NCBI GenBank assembly: GCA_964446685.1
Contig: CAYUPO010000001.1
Coordinates: 38,912-102,911 of the forward strand
DNA from: an uncultured Gammaproteobacteria bacterium
Lineage (GTDB): Bacteria; Patescibacteriota; Microgenomatia; Daviesbacterales; UBA10151
Reading direction: 5' to 3'
Length of the DNA: 64,000 nt
Part shown: positions 36,373 through 45,678 of the stretch, one piece after another
Numbering within the stretch: position 1 is the stretch's first letter
How the letters are laid out: each line of letters begins with the position of its first letter
The notes under the pieces: model-generated
What the model saw: the letters and a program-made list of their open reading frames with translations, nothing else
Database searches by the model: none
What the model was told of the DNA's origin: nothing
Translations under genes and position numbers: made by a program

Positions 36373-37920
36373 ATGTACAACGATAAACCAAACTATAGCT
36401 CCTCAAGACGCGGAGCATCATCATCAATCAGATCATCTTCCCAACCTTCAAGTGGTGGAGGATATTTTCGTAAACCAGGCGGAACTATGAGAACCACTAG
36501 TGGATCTTATAAAACACGTCCAGCCGGAGAAAATACGAATTCATATAAAACTCCGTCCCAATCATCAGCTAATTCATATTCAAGCAGACCTTCAACCAAT
36601 AGATCAGAAAGTACCGGTAACTCTTACTCAACCAGTCCGAGACCAAGCAGTGGATCTTCTTACCAAAACAGAGGATCAAATGCCGGATACCAAAGATCAT
36701 CTACCGGTTCATATGGCAGACCATCAAATGGATATTCACGTTCATCATCTTATGGCTCAAATAGTGGTGGCTATAATTCCAGACCAAGATTTGCTCCCCG
36801 AAGAGGACCAAAGACTCAGCTGGGTGGAGATGTTTCCATTTTTATTAAAAAGGCCCAGGTTTCAGAAGTAGAAGAAGTTATTCCACATAAAAGCTTTGAT
36901 GAATTTGATATCGCTGCTGCTTTAAAAGAAAATATTGCTCAAAAAGGTTTTACTCATCCAACACCGGTGCAGGATCAGGCAATTGAGCCAATTCTTGAAG
37001 GACGGGATTTAATTGGTTTGGCAAATACCGGAACTGGTAAAACAGGAGCTTTTTTGATACCTATTATCGACCGTATTTTTAAAGACCGTAATCACAAAGC
37101 TTTAATTATTGCTCCAACCAGAGAACTGGCAGTGCAGATCAATGATGAAATGAGATCTCTGGCAGCTGGTATGAAAATTTATTCAGCCCTAGTTATTGGC
37201 GGAGCAAATATGTACAGACAGATTCATGAAATCAGACGTAGTCCGCATGTAGTGATCGGAACCCCAGGAAGACTGAAAGATTTAGTTAAACAAAATGTGC
37301 TTCATTTGGAAGATTTTTCTATTATAGTCCTGGATGAAGTTGATCTGATGGTTGATATTGGATTTATCGAAGATGTTAAATACTTTATCTCAATGCTACC
37401 AAAGGAAAGACAGTCACTTTTCTTCTCAGCCACAATCTCACCCAAGATCAGAACTATTTTAGAAGCTTTTGTGAAAGATGCAGTGACTGTTTCTATTAAG
37501 AAACAAGTTTCTTCCGAAAATATTGAGCAAGATATCATCAGGGTCATCAATCCGGCTAAAAAAGTGGATCAGTTGCATGAGCTGCTGATCAAAGATGGCT
37601 TTGATAAAGTGTTAGTCTTTGGCAGAACAAAACATGGTGTTGAAAAGTTACAACAGGAGCTGACAACCAGAGGATTTAGAGTAGGTGCTATTCATGGAAA
37701 TAAATCACAGGGTCACAGACAACGAGTTTTACAAAGCTTTAAAAGAAACGAACTTCAGATATTACTTGCAACAGATGTAGCATCCAGAGGAATTGATATT
37801 GATAATGTTTCACATGTGATTAATTACGAATTACCTGAAACTTATGAAGACTATATTCACCGGATTGGAAGAACCGGACGAGCCGGAAAAACCGGATCTG
37901 CATTTACTTTCATCGGTTAA
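36373..37920 (+). CDS. DEAD-box RNA helicase with N-terminal low-complexity region
   Basis: GFTHPTPVQ, ANTGTGKT, PTRELA, TPGR, DEVD, SAT, HRIGRTGR. Confidence 0.95.
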   Translation: MYNDKPNYSSSRRGASSSIRSSSQPSSGGGYFRKPGGTMRTTSGSYKTRPAGENTNSYKTPSQSSANSYSSRPSTNRSESTGNSYSTSPRPSSGSSYQNRGSNAGYQRSSTGSYGRPSNGYSRSSSYGSNSGGYNSRPRFAPRRGPKTQLGGDVSIFIKKAQVSEVEEVIPHKSFDEFDIAAALKENIAQKGFTHPTPVQDQAIEPILEGRDLIGLANTGTGKTGAFLIPIIDRIFKDRNHKALIIAPTRELAVQINDEMRSLAAGMKIYSALVIGGANMYRQIHEIRRSPHVVIGTPGRLKDLVKQNVLHLEDFSIIVLDEVDLMVDIGFIEDVKYFISMLPKERQSLFFSATISPKIRTILEAFVKDAVTVSIKKQVSSENIEQDIIRVINPAKKVDQLHELLIKDGFDKVLVFGRTKHGVEKLQQELTTRGFRVGAIHGNKSQGHRQRVLQSFKRNELQILLATDVASRGIDIDNVSHVINYELPETYEDYIHRIGRTGRAGKTGSAFTFIG

Positions 37921-37978
37921 AGAAAATCCCAGGCAATCTGTCTCCGTCTGACAAATCACCCAGGATATTTTCTTTTCC

Positions 37979-38455
37979 TTACATCATCTTATGACCGAAA
38001 TCTCGGGTCTTTTTTTCTCCGCGCATCATAATCAGTGAAAGGTCTATTCCCTGGGTCTTAGCCCAATTTTCTAACTCAGTTTTATGAGCTTCCATTTTTT
38101 GCCTTCGTTGTTCTGGAGTCAGATTTCTGAAATCTTCCCTTTCCGACTGTTTTTGATTCCTGAATTCTTCCAGTTTGGCAATAATTGCCTGCTTCTGAGT
38201 ATCTGTTATTTTGCCATCCGCCACTAACTGACTCAATCTTTCTTCCTGAGTTTTTTTCATTTCAGTCAGATGTTCAGTATGAACCTGATCAAATGCTGAT
38301 TTTACTTTATCTTCCGGAAGTCCAAGTTTTTGCGCCAATTTTTGAACCATATTGTTGTGTGTGCCGGGAGACTGGGCAAAGGTATTGGTTGATACAAAAG
38401 CAGTAGCACCAACTATAGTTAAAACAGCGGCTCCAATAATAAATGTTTTTCTCAT
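37979..38455 (-). CDS. Secreted helical protein of unknown function
   Basis: Signal peptide ending TFA; SD AAGGTGGTGA; helical K/E/Q-rich body. Confidence 0.8.
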   Translation of the reverse strand: MRKTFIIGAAVLTIVGATAFVSTNTFAQSPGTHNNMVQKLAQKLGLPEDKVKSAFDQVHTEHLTEMKKTQEERLSQLVADGKITDTQKQAIIAKLEEFRNQKQSEREDFRNLTPEQRRQKMEAHKTELENWAKTQGIDLSLIMMRGEKKTRDFGHKMM

Positions 38456-38507
38456 TACTCACCACCTTTCAATAGAATAATAATATTACTTAAAGCTGAG
38501 ATAAAGC

Positions 38508-39572
38508 TTAAAATTGAGTGGGCTTCGGCAGATAGATAGTAAAAGTAGTGCCTTTATTTTCAGTAGATTTTACCTCAATTTTTCCTTCATTTGAGACAAT
38601 AATTTTTTTAGCAATTGAAAGCCCTAAACCAAAACCTTTGGAATTATTTTTATTCCGTGAAGTATCACTCCGGTAAAATCTATTGAATATAAGCGGTAGC
38701 TCTTTTTTTGGAATACCAATCCCCTGGTCTGAAACAGCAATAAAAATCATTCCATCTTTTTTCCCACTATTTAAGCTGATTGTAGTATTTTTTTCAGAAT
38801 ACTTAATGGCGTTATCAAGTAAAATTACCAGACAATCAGTTAAAGATTTAAAATTACCCTGCAAAATCTCATTACCAGTTTTATTTTCTATTACAATATG
38901 TTTGTCTTTGGCTAAGGGTATAACTTTCTTTAAGGCTGCAATCGTTAAATCAACAGCTTTTATACTTTCTAAAGCAGAGTGATTTTTTTGTTCATGATTT
39001 TGTGAAAGTGTTAATAACGATTCTGATAGATGCACTAAAGAATTTACTTCTTCAAGATTTGATTGCAATAATTTTTTTGAATCATTTAGTGATAAATTTT
39101 TGTCCCTTAAATTAACTTCTAGTTCTGTTTTTAAAGCGGTTAAAGGTGTTTTTAACTCATGAGAAGCATCTGAGATAAACTGATTTTGCTGTTTGACCAT
39201 TTCATCAATAGGTCTTAATGTTCTTCCGGCCAGAAAATATCCAAGTGTTCCAGAAGAAAATAAAATACCCAGATTTAGTAAAAGCAGTGTTAGTCTAATT
39301 CTTCTTTTTGACTCTTCAATAAAAGATCCCTCAGCCAGTCGTCTTTCCAATTCATTTCGGATTTCATCAGGTAACTCTGTAACAAAAGGGTCTCTTAATT
39401 TATTTTCCAGTCGTCTTTGTTGCTGTTGGTCAAACCGGTTTAGCTCATTGGTTGCAATCTCATATATCCCAACTGAAAAAGCAGCACTGATAATCAGTAT
39501 CAGCATGACGTACCAGGCAGTTAACTTAACTCTCGCAATTTGAAAAACAGACGAAGGAAAACGAATATTCAT
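38508..39572 (-). CDS. Sensor histidine kinase
   Basis: 2 TM; DASHELKTP, LLDNAIKY, DQGIGI, FYR, GFGLGL. Confidence 0.95.
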   Translation of the reverse strand: MNIRFPSSVFQIARVKLTAWYVMLILIISAAFSVGIYEIATNELNRFDQQQQRRLENKLRDPFVTELPDEIRNELERRLAEGSFIEESKRRIRLTLLLLNLGILFSSGTLGYFLAGRTLRPIDEMVKQQNQFISDASHELKTPLTALKTELEVNLRDKNLSLNDSKKLLQSNLEEVNSLVHLSESLLTLSQNHEQKNHSALESIKAVDLTIAALKKVIPLAKDKHIVIENKTGNEILQGNFKSLTDCLVILLDNAIKYSEKNTTISLNSGKKDGMIFIAVSDQGIGIPKKELPLIFNRFYRSDTSRNKNNSKGFGLGLSIAKKIIVSNEGKIEVKSTENKGTTFTIYLPKPTQF

Positions 39573-40252
39573 TAGCGTTTTTCCCCAAGTTTATAACCAA
39601 AACCTCTAATTGTATGAATTAAAGGCGCCTGGTTGATAAAGGATTTATCAATTTTTTGTCTGAGATAACCAATATATACTTCAACTGTATTAGGCAAAAC
39701 ATCAGCATCATAATCCCAGACATGCTGAATTATCTGATCTTTAGATAAAATTTGGTTAGGATGGCGAATCATATATTCGAGAAGTGCAAATTCTTTTTGA
39801 GATAACTGGATAGTTCTTTGATCTCTTTTTACTTCAAATGTTTTCGTGTTTAAAGACAGATCATTTAAACTTAAGTTATCATTTAGAACATCTTTGGGAC
39901 GGCGACTTAAAGCTCGGACCCTGGCCAAAAGTTCCTCAAAAGCAAAAGGTTTTGGCAAATAATCATCTGCCCCGGCATCAAAACCAGCTATTTTATCTTC
40001 GAGCATGCCTTTGGCTGTTAACATCAGTATTGGAGTAAATTTTTTAGCTTCCCGTAATTTACGGCAGATCTCAAACCCATCCATTTTAGGTAACATCACA
40101 TCTAAAATTAAAACATCGTAATCCTCTGTAGATGCTAAATTGTACCCATCCTCTCCGTCATGGGAGATATCCACTACAAACTTTTCCTGCTCCAACCCTT
40201 TTTTCAAAGAAGCGGCGATTTTGTACTCATCTTCCACAATTAATAATTTCAT
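39572..40252 (-). CDS. OmpR/PhoB-family response regulator
   Basis: VEDE, LDVMLP, GADDYLPKPF, TIRGFGY. Confidence 0.96.
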   Translation of the reverse strand: MKLLIVEDEYKIAASLKKGLEQEKFVVDISHDGEDGYNLASTEDYDVLILDVMLPKMDGFEICRKLREAKKFTPILMLTAKGMLEDKIAGFDAGADDYLPKPFAFEELLARVRALSRRPKDVLNDNLSLNDLSLNTKTFEVKRDQRTIQLSQKEFALLEYMIRHPNQILSKDQIIQHVWDYDADVLPNTVEVYIGYLRQKIDKSFINQAPLIHTIRGFGYKLGEKR

Positions 40253-40258
40253 GAAGTT

Positions 40259-40290
40259 ATTATACTCTTATTTACTGAGTAATTCCTGAG
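40259..40290 (-). promoter_or_regulatory. Response-regulator promoter: CTCAG-N6-CTCAG repeat, TATAAT, leaderless ATG
   Basis: Minus strand CTCAGGAATTACTCAG, 10 nt, TATAAT, 6 nt, ATG. Confidence 0.6.
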
Positions 40291-40297
40291 GATAGGT

Positions 40298-41812
40298 TTA
40301 AAAACCGGGGAAATAATCTGTTTTAATTTGCAGTTTTGGAACCCCTAAATCAGCCAATGTTTTTTCAAAAGCAGCCACCATTCCGTGTGGACCCGAGATA
40401 TAAAAAGTTCGGTCTTTAAAATCCGGAACATATTTTTGGATCTTTTCAGCAGTTAAAAAACCTCTGTCTCCTGTCCAATCAACAGGTAGTTGGGATTCAT
40501 CACTTAAAGAATAAATTGTTTTTAACCCGATTTCATTTGCAGCCTGAGAAAAAATATTTTGATAAGCTATCTCCTCTTTGGTTTTATTTGAATAAAACAA
40601 AACGATATCTCTTTTTTGTTTAATGTCAATTAAATATTTGATCATACTTCTAAAAGGCGTCACACCAATCCCACCTGCAATAAATACCAGTTTTTTAGAT
40701 GCATCTTCAGGTAATGTAAAATCTCCTGCCAGATTACCTATAGAAATATTTTTTCCGGGAGTAAGTTCTGATAAAGCTTTTTTAAACTCACTTGGATTCG
40801 GATAAAATTTTACTCCCAATTCAATATCCATTTCGGTTGGGGATGAGGCAATTGTAAAATAACGTCTGTTGCCACGGGAATCATAATGTTTCTGTGGTAA
40901 TGTCCATTCAATATATTGACCAGGTAAAAATGATAACTGCCTGTTTGGTGAAAAAATAAATCCAAAAGTATCTTTTGCCAGATCTATTTTTTGTTTAAAA
41001 GTGGCTACCCTTTTACTAAAAGGAGAAATAAAGAAGCTAAATAAATTACCCATAATTAAAGCTGATTCAGGAGTGGTATACCAAGATCCAATATGGACTT
41101 GCGGATTATATAAAATACCAACTAAGAGGCCATAGAATATTCTCGGCCATTTTCTGGCAGGAGTTGTAAAAGGCTCAGTTAACATCACTGTCGCCAGAAA
41201 TATTAAGGGAGTATTAATTAAAGTTCTTTGAAATAATGAGAATAAATCAGCTCCTTTAAAAAATCCCCCGATTAAAATACTACCCATTGCCGCAGCACCA
41301 AAAGCAATTATCAGATCAGGTCTGCGGATTTTTCTAACGATCAAAAAGCCACCTATTAAAACAGGAAAGAAAAACCATTTACTACCCACCCACCAGTTAG
41401 CAGACTGACCCAAAAAAGTTGAAGTCATTAGAACTGAGATTGCCACCGGATTGAACAGATGTTTTTTATCTATTGCCAATATAAACTTAGAAGCACTAAT
41501 CCAGATAGCAGCCCAGGCCAGGAAACCGAGGTCTTGAAAGGAACCAAGAGGGGGAATTATTAAAGTTAAAATAAGTGATGAAATATAGATAGATTCTGAA
41601 TTAGTAGTTGATTCAAAAAAATGTCCAAAAATGGTATTTGTCAGCCAGGCAACAGTGGTCAAAAGTACGGCAGTAAAAATAATCATCGGGCCGTTAAAAG
41701 GCAAAATACCTACAAAAGATAAGATAACTGCTTCAACCAATAAAAGTATTAAAAAGTACAGCACTAGCCTGTACATTGTTATTGAATTTAAAAAATTATC
41801 GATAAAATTCAT
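40298..41812 (-). CDS. RnfD/NqrB-like membrane domain fused to an FNR-type FAD/NAD(P)-binding reductase
   Basis: KHLFNPVA, MLTEPFTTP; FLPGQY, RRYFTIASSP, IAGGIGVTPF, YISGP; start reassigned to 41812. Confidence 0.88.
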   Translation of the reverse strand: MNFIDNFLNSITMYRLVLYFLILLLVEAVILSFVGILPFNGPMIIFTAVLLTTVAWLTNTIFGHFFESTTNSESIYISSLILTLIIPPLGSFQDLGFLAWAAIWISASKFILAIDKKHLFNPVAISVLMTSTFLGQSANWWVGSKWFFFPVLIGGFLIVRKIRRPDLIIAFGAAAMGSILIGGFFKGADLFSLFQRTLINTPLIFLATVMLTEPFTTPARKWPRIFYGLLVGILYNPQVHIGSWYTTPESALIMGNLFSFFISPFSKRVATFKQKIDLAKDTFGFIFSPNRQLSFLPGQYIEWTLPQKHYDSRGNRRYFTIASSPTEMDIELGVKFYPNPSEFKKALSELTPGKNISIGNLAGDFTLPEDASKKLVFIAGGIGVTPFRSMIKYLIDIKQKRDIVLFYSNKTKEEIAYQNIFSQAANEIGLKTIYSLSDESQLPVDWTGDRGFLTAEKIQKYVPDFKDRTFYISGPHGMVAAFEKTLADLGVPKLQIKTDYFPGF

Positions 41813-41819
41813 ATTATTC

Positions 41820-42563
41820 CTATTGGACGACAAATCTAGCAAATCCTGTGGTCATGGTCGCAATTTTATTATACCCAATCATATATCCTTCACACATTGG
41901 CAGTTTTTCGATAAAATTAATTCCTTCTTCACCCATGGCAAAAGCAGCTGTGGCAAAACGGTCTGCTTCATAGATATTGGGGGCAATCACAGTCAGACTG
42001 GCAATTTCATTGGCAGATTGTTTTGAAATTGGATTATATATATGTGTTCCCCTTTCGTATGTGCCTGATGTTGCTACTCCTTCTGTTTCAACTTCGATTA
42101 CTTTTATTATTTCTAACGGACTGAAAGGGTTTTTGATTCCAACTTTCCAGGTCTTATTTTGACTATTTCTGCCGGACACCTGTATATCACCTCCAGCTGC
42201 TATATAAAAATTCTTGACTCCGAGTTTCTTTAATTTTATAGCAGCTTCATTTATTGCCCAGCCTTTAACTATGCCTGATGGATCAATTAATTTAATTATT
42301 GGATTAAATGAATCAAAAAAACCATTTGTATCCATCTTTGTTTGATCTGCCAAATCTAGAATTAATTTCATTTCCGGACTAAAGTTATTTTTTTTTATTT
42401 CCCCTTTATTTATCTGACTTATCTCACTATTTTTTTTGTAAGTACTAAACTTCTGATCAATTTTTCGGAAATAATTAAAAACTTTCTTAATTTTATTTTG
42501 ATCATTATCTCCTGGAATCTCCACAATAATGGGCATCCCCATAATTTGTTGTGTTTGCTTCAT
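41820..42563 (-). CDS. apbE: FAD:protein FMN transferase ApbE
   Basis: MGM, FSTY..NSEIS, DPSGIVKGWA, AGGDI, VATSGTYERG.HI, ADRFATA; start reassigned to 42563. Confidence 0.92.
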   Translation of the reverse strand: MKQTQQIMGMPIIVEIPGDNDQNKIKKVFNYFRKIDQKFSTYKKNSEISQINKGEIKKNNFSPEMKLILDLADQTKMDTNGFFDSFNPIIKLIDPSGIVKGWAINEAAIKLKKLGVKNFYIAAGGDIQVSGRNSQNKTWKVGIKNPFSPLEIIKVIEVETEGVATSGTYERGTHIYNPISKQSANEIASLTVIAPNIYEADRFATAAFAMGEEGINFIEKLPMCEGYMIGYNKIATMTTGFARFVVQ

Positions 42564-42564
42564 A

Positions 42565-42984
42565 TTAACTGGCCTGGGAAAGTGCTGATTTGAGTGATTC
42601 GATGAAAGCTTTACTAGTTTGGGTAGCACCAGCCACTATATCCACCTGATAGGTTTGAGCTTGCAACGCTTCCTGTATCAGATGAGGCATCGCCTGGGTA
42701 TTAATTCTTTCTGAAGTTCTCCGATCTGTTGGATATTCCAGAAACCTAACTTCACTAATTTTTCCATTCTTTATTGTTGCTTCAACCTGAACATTTCCAT
42801 AATAAGCATCAATACTTTTTCCCTTATAGATTCCAGTTTTGTATGCTTTTTCCGGTTCAGATTGGACTTCTGATATTTTGGGGGCTTTTACGACACCGTT
42901 ATCTTCTTCACCTTCCATTTTCTGAAGATAGACATAGCCAATAAATGCTGAAATGACTACCAAGGATAATATCCACTTTTTCAT
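42565..42984 (-). CDS. Membrane-anchored FMN-binding (flavinylated) protein
   Basis: N-terminal TM; YYGNVQVEATI, DIVAGATQTS; start reassigned to 42984. Confidence 0.9.
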   Translation of the reverse strand: MKKWILSLVVISAFIGYVYLQKMEGEEDNGVVKAPKISEVQSEPEKAYKTGIYKGKSIDAYYGNVQVEATIKNGKISEVRFLEYPTDRRTSERINTQAMPHLIQEALQAQTYQVDIVAGATQTSKAFIESLKSALSQAS

Positions 42985-43027
42985 CCTTTTATTGTACTGG
43001 AAAAAACCTGAGAATAAACTGGGTAAA

Positions 43028-43642
43028 TTAGTAGCCAACCGGAGTTTTGATGATAATCATCTGTATACGGGAAGGGTTTGGCTCCTTATTAAAAATTAGC
43101 AACTTACTGACAAAGCTACCCTCAACTCCATAAGCTTTTTTGGCGCGGTCTGATTCTAAAGGGAGTGTATGTTCGTAAATCCGTTTCATACCCTGGTCCA
43201 GATCTTTGACTATTTTTTGTGAACCGACAACCCAAATAATGTGAGGCGAACCATACGCATAACTTGGCAGATTGCTGCCTGAATTTGAAGCTATTATGAC
43301 TTTTCCATCTTCTGTGACAGCATGAACACTGCCTAAGGCCCATTCTGGACCGGCTCCCAGCTTTTGCATTTCAAGACCTTCCGTTTGACGACTCATCTGC
43401 ATTAGCTTTGGTTTTGTCGCATTATATTTGCCTGATTCATTAATTTCCTGGCTGATTCCTGATTCTTCCAAAGTTACTGAAGTATTCGTATGAACTTCAC
43501 TCCCCTGAGGAATAATATTTAATACTTTGGCTTTTGCTTCAGCCAACGATGGAACAACAAACGCGGTTATTCCATTTTGTTTGAGGGATATAATTGTCTT
43601 TTCAATTGCTGCATCACTGGCTGAGGTATTCCATCTGTCCAT
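43028..43642 (-). CDS. LUD (lactate-utilization-like) domain protein
   Basis: SVTLEESG, GSVHAVTEDG, ASNSGS, VVGSQKIV. Confidence 0.85.
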   Translation of the reverse strand: MDRWNTSASDAAIEKTIISLKQNGITAFVVPSLAEAKAKVLNIIPQGSEVHTNTSVTLEESGISQEINESGKYNATKPKLMQMSRQTEGLEMQKLGAGPEWALGSVHAVTEDGKVIIASNSGSNLPSYAYGSPHIIWVVGSQKIVKDLDQGMKRIYEHTLPLESDRAKKAYGVEGSFVSKLLIFNKEPNPSRIQMIIIKTPVGY

Positions 43643-43756
43643 ATGCTTTATTATAGCTATTTACTTTATTTTAGGAAGTAGTTACCTTTTTTGAAGTAAA
43701 AACTTTCTTTGCTTTCAATGATCCGGAGCTATATACTACTTTTCAGATTCAGTCAG

Positions 43757-44380
43757 ATGAAATATTCCAAAGAAGATATTGAAAAAAATAATGCTCTCTA
43801 TCAAACATTTTTGCATATGCAGGTGGACGATGGATGGCCTTACTCTGATAAAATTGGTAACTTTGAATTACTAACCCGGATTGCCGATTACTCAGACTCC
43901 CCTATCTCACGTTCTTCAATCTTGGATGTTGGATGTGGCACGGGCGATCTATATGAATATCTGCTGCAGTTTGAGGATGTTGCCTATACCGGAGTAGATA
44001 TTTTCGAAAAAGGAATTGAAAAAGCTAAAATAAAATTTCCGAATGCATTATTTTTAATTGGTGATTTTTTAGATATCAACCTGACTTCCTTTGATTATGT
44101 TTTTTCAAGTGGAGCGATGACAACGAAACTGGCTAATGATAATTATCAGATCCTTTTTTCATGGGTTAAAAAAATGTGGAAATTAGCAAAAAAAGGTGTC
44201 GTTTTTAACTTACTGCTTGAAAGATACCCAGGTGAATATTCAAGCAGTCTTTTTGTCTACAATCGGCAAAAGGTTTTGGAACTCACAGCAAAAGCGGCCT
44301 CAACTGCCAAAATGAAAGTGATAGTGACAGATGCTGGATCAGGTGACGGAACTGAAGAGATGCATGTTTATTTATATTAA
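43757..44380 (+). CDS. Class I SAM-dependent methyltransferase
   Basis: ILDVGCGTG, YTGVDI, FDYVFSSG; start reassigned to 43757. Confidence 0.9.
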   Translation: MKYSKEDIEKNNALYQTFLHMQVDDGWPYSDKIGNFELLTRIADYSDSPISRSSILDVGCGTGDLYEYLLQFEDVAYTGVDIFEKGIEKAKIKFPNALFLIGDFLDINLTSFDYVFSSGAMTTKLANDNYQILFSWVKKMWKLAKKGVVFNLLLERYPGEYSSSLFVYNRQKVLELTAKAASTAKMKVIVTDAGSGDGTEEMHVYLY

Positions 44381-45003
44381 TCTTTAATAACTTTTGGAAC
44401 CAAATACTTACTGAGATCATTGCCTTTTTCAGCATCACGAAGTAATTCGTCAGATACTAAATAATCTAAACCGACTACTGATGAATTACATTGATAGACA
44501 TCAGTATTTGCGTGATAATCAGCATATAATTGCGCTAATGCCTGGTTTGGAAATGGTCTTATATAAATTATTCGAGATATAGAAAAAATTGATGTTTCTT
44601 CCAGTGGTTTTGCTTCCGTAATGTGAGCGCCCCTAAAATCGGGGTCAGTTACCAAATATTCTGTAGTTTTTTTGACTCTTGTAGAACCAATACGCTCAGT
44701 GTATTTTAGATTTGAACCATGAATTTTACCTGTAATTTCATTAAATGTTTTTGGATCTAATCCCTCACTAGGTAATATTCCAGCTAAGTGTCTCATCCAT
44801 TCAGTTAATTGATAATTTGAGGCAAGTCCAGGCTGACCAGGCATATATAAACCAAATCTTACCTCTTCCCGCAAACCAGTAACATTTGCATAATCCATTC
44901 TTAAAACTTGGTGAACAGGACCAGTTACACCAACCTCAGGATCATTAGTTACTGTGTCAACTATTTGACGGTAAAGACTTTCTTTTTGATTACGAACAGA
45001 CAT
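44377..45003 (-). CDS. Hypothetical protein
   Basis: TTGACA, 17 nt, TACTAT, 7 nt, ATG places the start at 45003. Confidence 0.65.
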   Translation of the reverse strand: MSVRNQKESLYRQIVDTVTNDPEVGVTGPVHQVLRMDYANVTGLREEVRFGLYMPGQPGLASNYQLTEWMRHLAGILPSEGLDPKTFNEITGKIHGSNLKYTERIGSTRVKKTTEYLVTDPDFRGAHITEAKPLEETSIFSISRIIYIRPFPNQALAQLYADYHANTDVYQCNSSVVGLDYLVSDELLRDAEKGNDLSKYLVPKVIKD

Positions 45004-45041
45004 AGGGCTTATAGTACTTTTTTTCAGCTTATTTGTCAATC

Positions 45042-45629
45042 CTAAATGTCTTCAATATAGTAAGGAATAGGCTCTATCTCTGGTGTAAATAAATGATAAA
45101 GAAAGGTGATGTCTTCATCAGTATGTCGGATACAGCCCGAACTTCCCGGATCTTCATCTGATAGCTTAGAATAATCCCCTGCAACCCCATGCAGGCCAAA
45201 ACTACCTGGTAACTGCCAGTTGCACTGACCATAACATTCATCATAAGGGGATGGACCATAGGGGGCTTCTGGTGTAAACGGAATATCCAATGTCAGAAAA
45301 TATGGGGCGGTCTCTTGACTATCAGGGGTTGCTTGTTTAGCTGTAATCAGCCAATACTCCCGGCCTAATTTTTGCGGTAAAGGCGTTGGCCGCTTGAATG
45401 GAATTCCCGTTTTTACATTAAATGATCTACTTAAAATACTTCGTTCAATATTCCCAGTAACTCCGTGATAAAGCTTCTCAATCCCGGATTTTCTTTCCAG
45501 CATCATCCAATAACTGTTTTTTTGAATTACTGGCTGGGGCACTTCTTTTTTTGATGAAACTAAGAAAGCTATGAAAAATAGTCCTACCAAAAATATGATT
45601 AAAATAAGACCTATTATTTTATTTTTCAT
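45042..45629 (-). CDS. L,D-transpeptidase (YkuD) family protein
   Basis: N-terminal TM; FGLHG...GSSGCIR. Confidence 0.85.
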   Translation of the reverse strand: MKNKIIGLILIIFLVGLFFIAFLVSSKKEVPQPVIQKNSYWMMLERKSGIEKLYHGVTGNIERSILSRSFNVKTGIPFKRPTPLPQKLGREYWLITAKQATPDSQETAPYFLTLDIPFTPEAPYGPSPYDECYGQCNWQLPGSFGLHGVAGDYSKLSDEDPGSSGCIRHTDEDITFLYHLFTPEIEPIPYYIEDI

Positions 45630-45678
45630 TTAAAGTATCTTACCAAATATTTTGATTAACAATGTTAAAATATAAGCC

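Noticed and set aside
36500-36871. 123-aa alternative-frame ORF in the helicase 5' region
   Set aside because: By-product of low-complexity Ser-rich codons; no frameshift signal seen.
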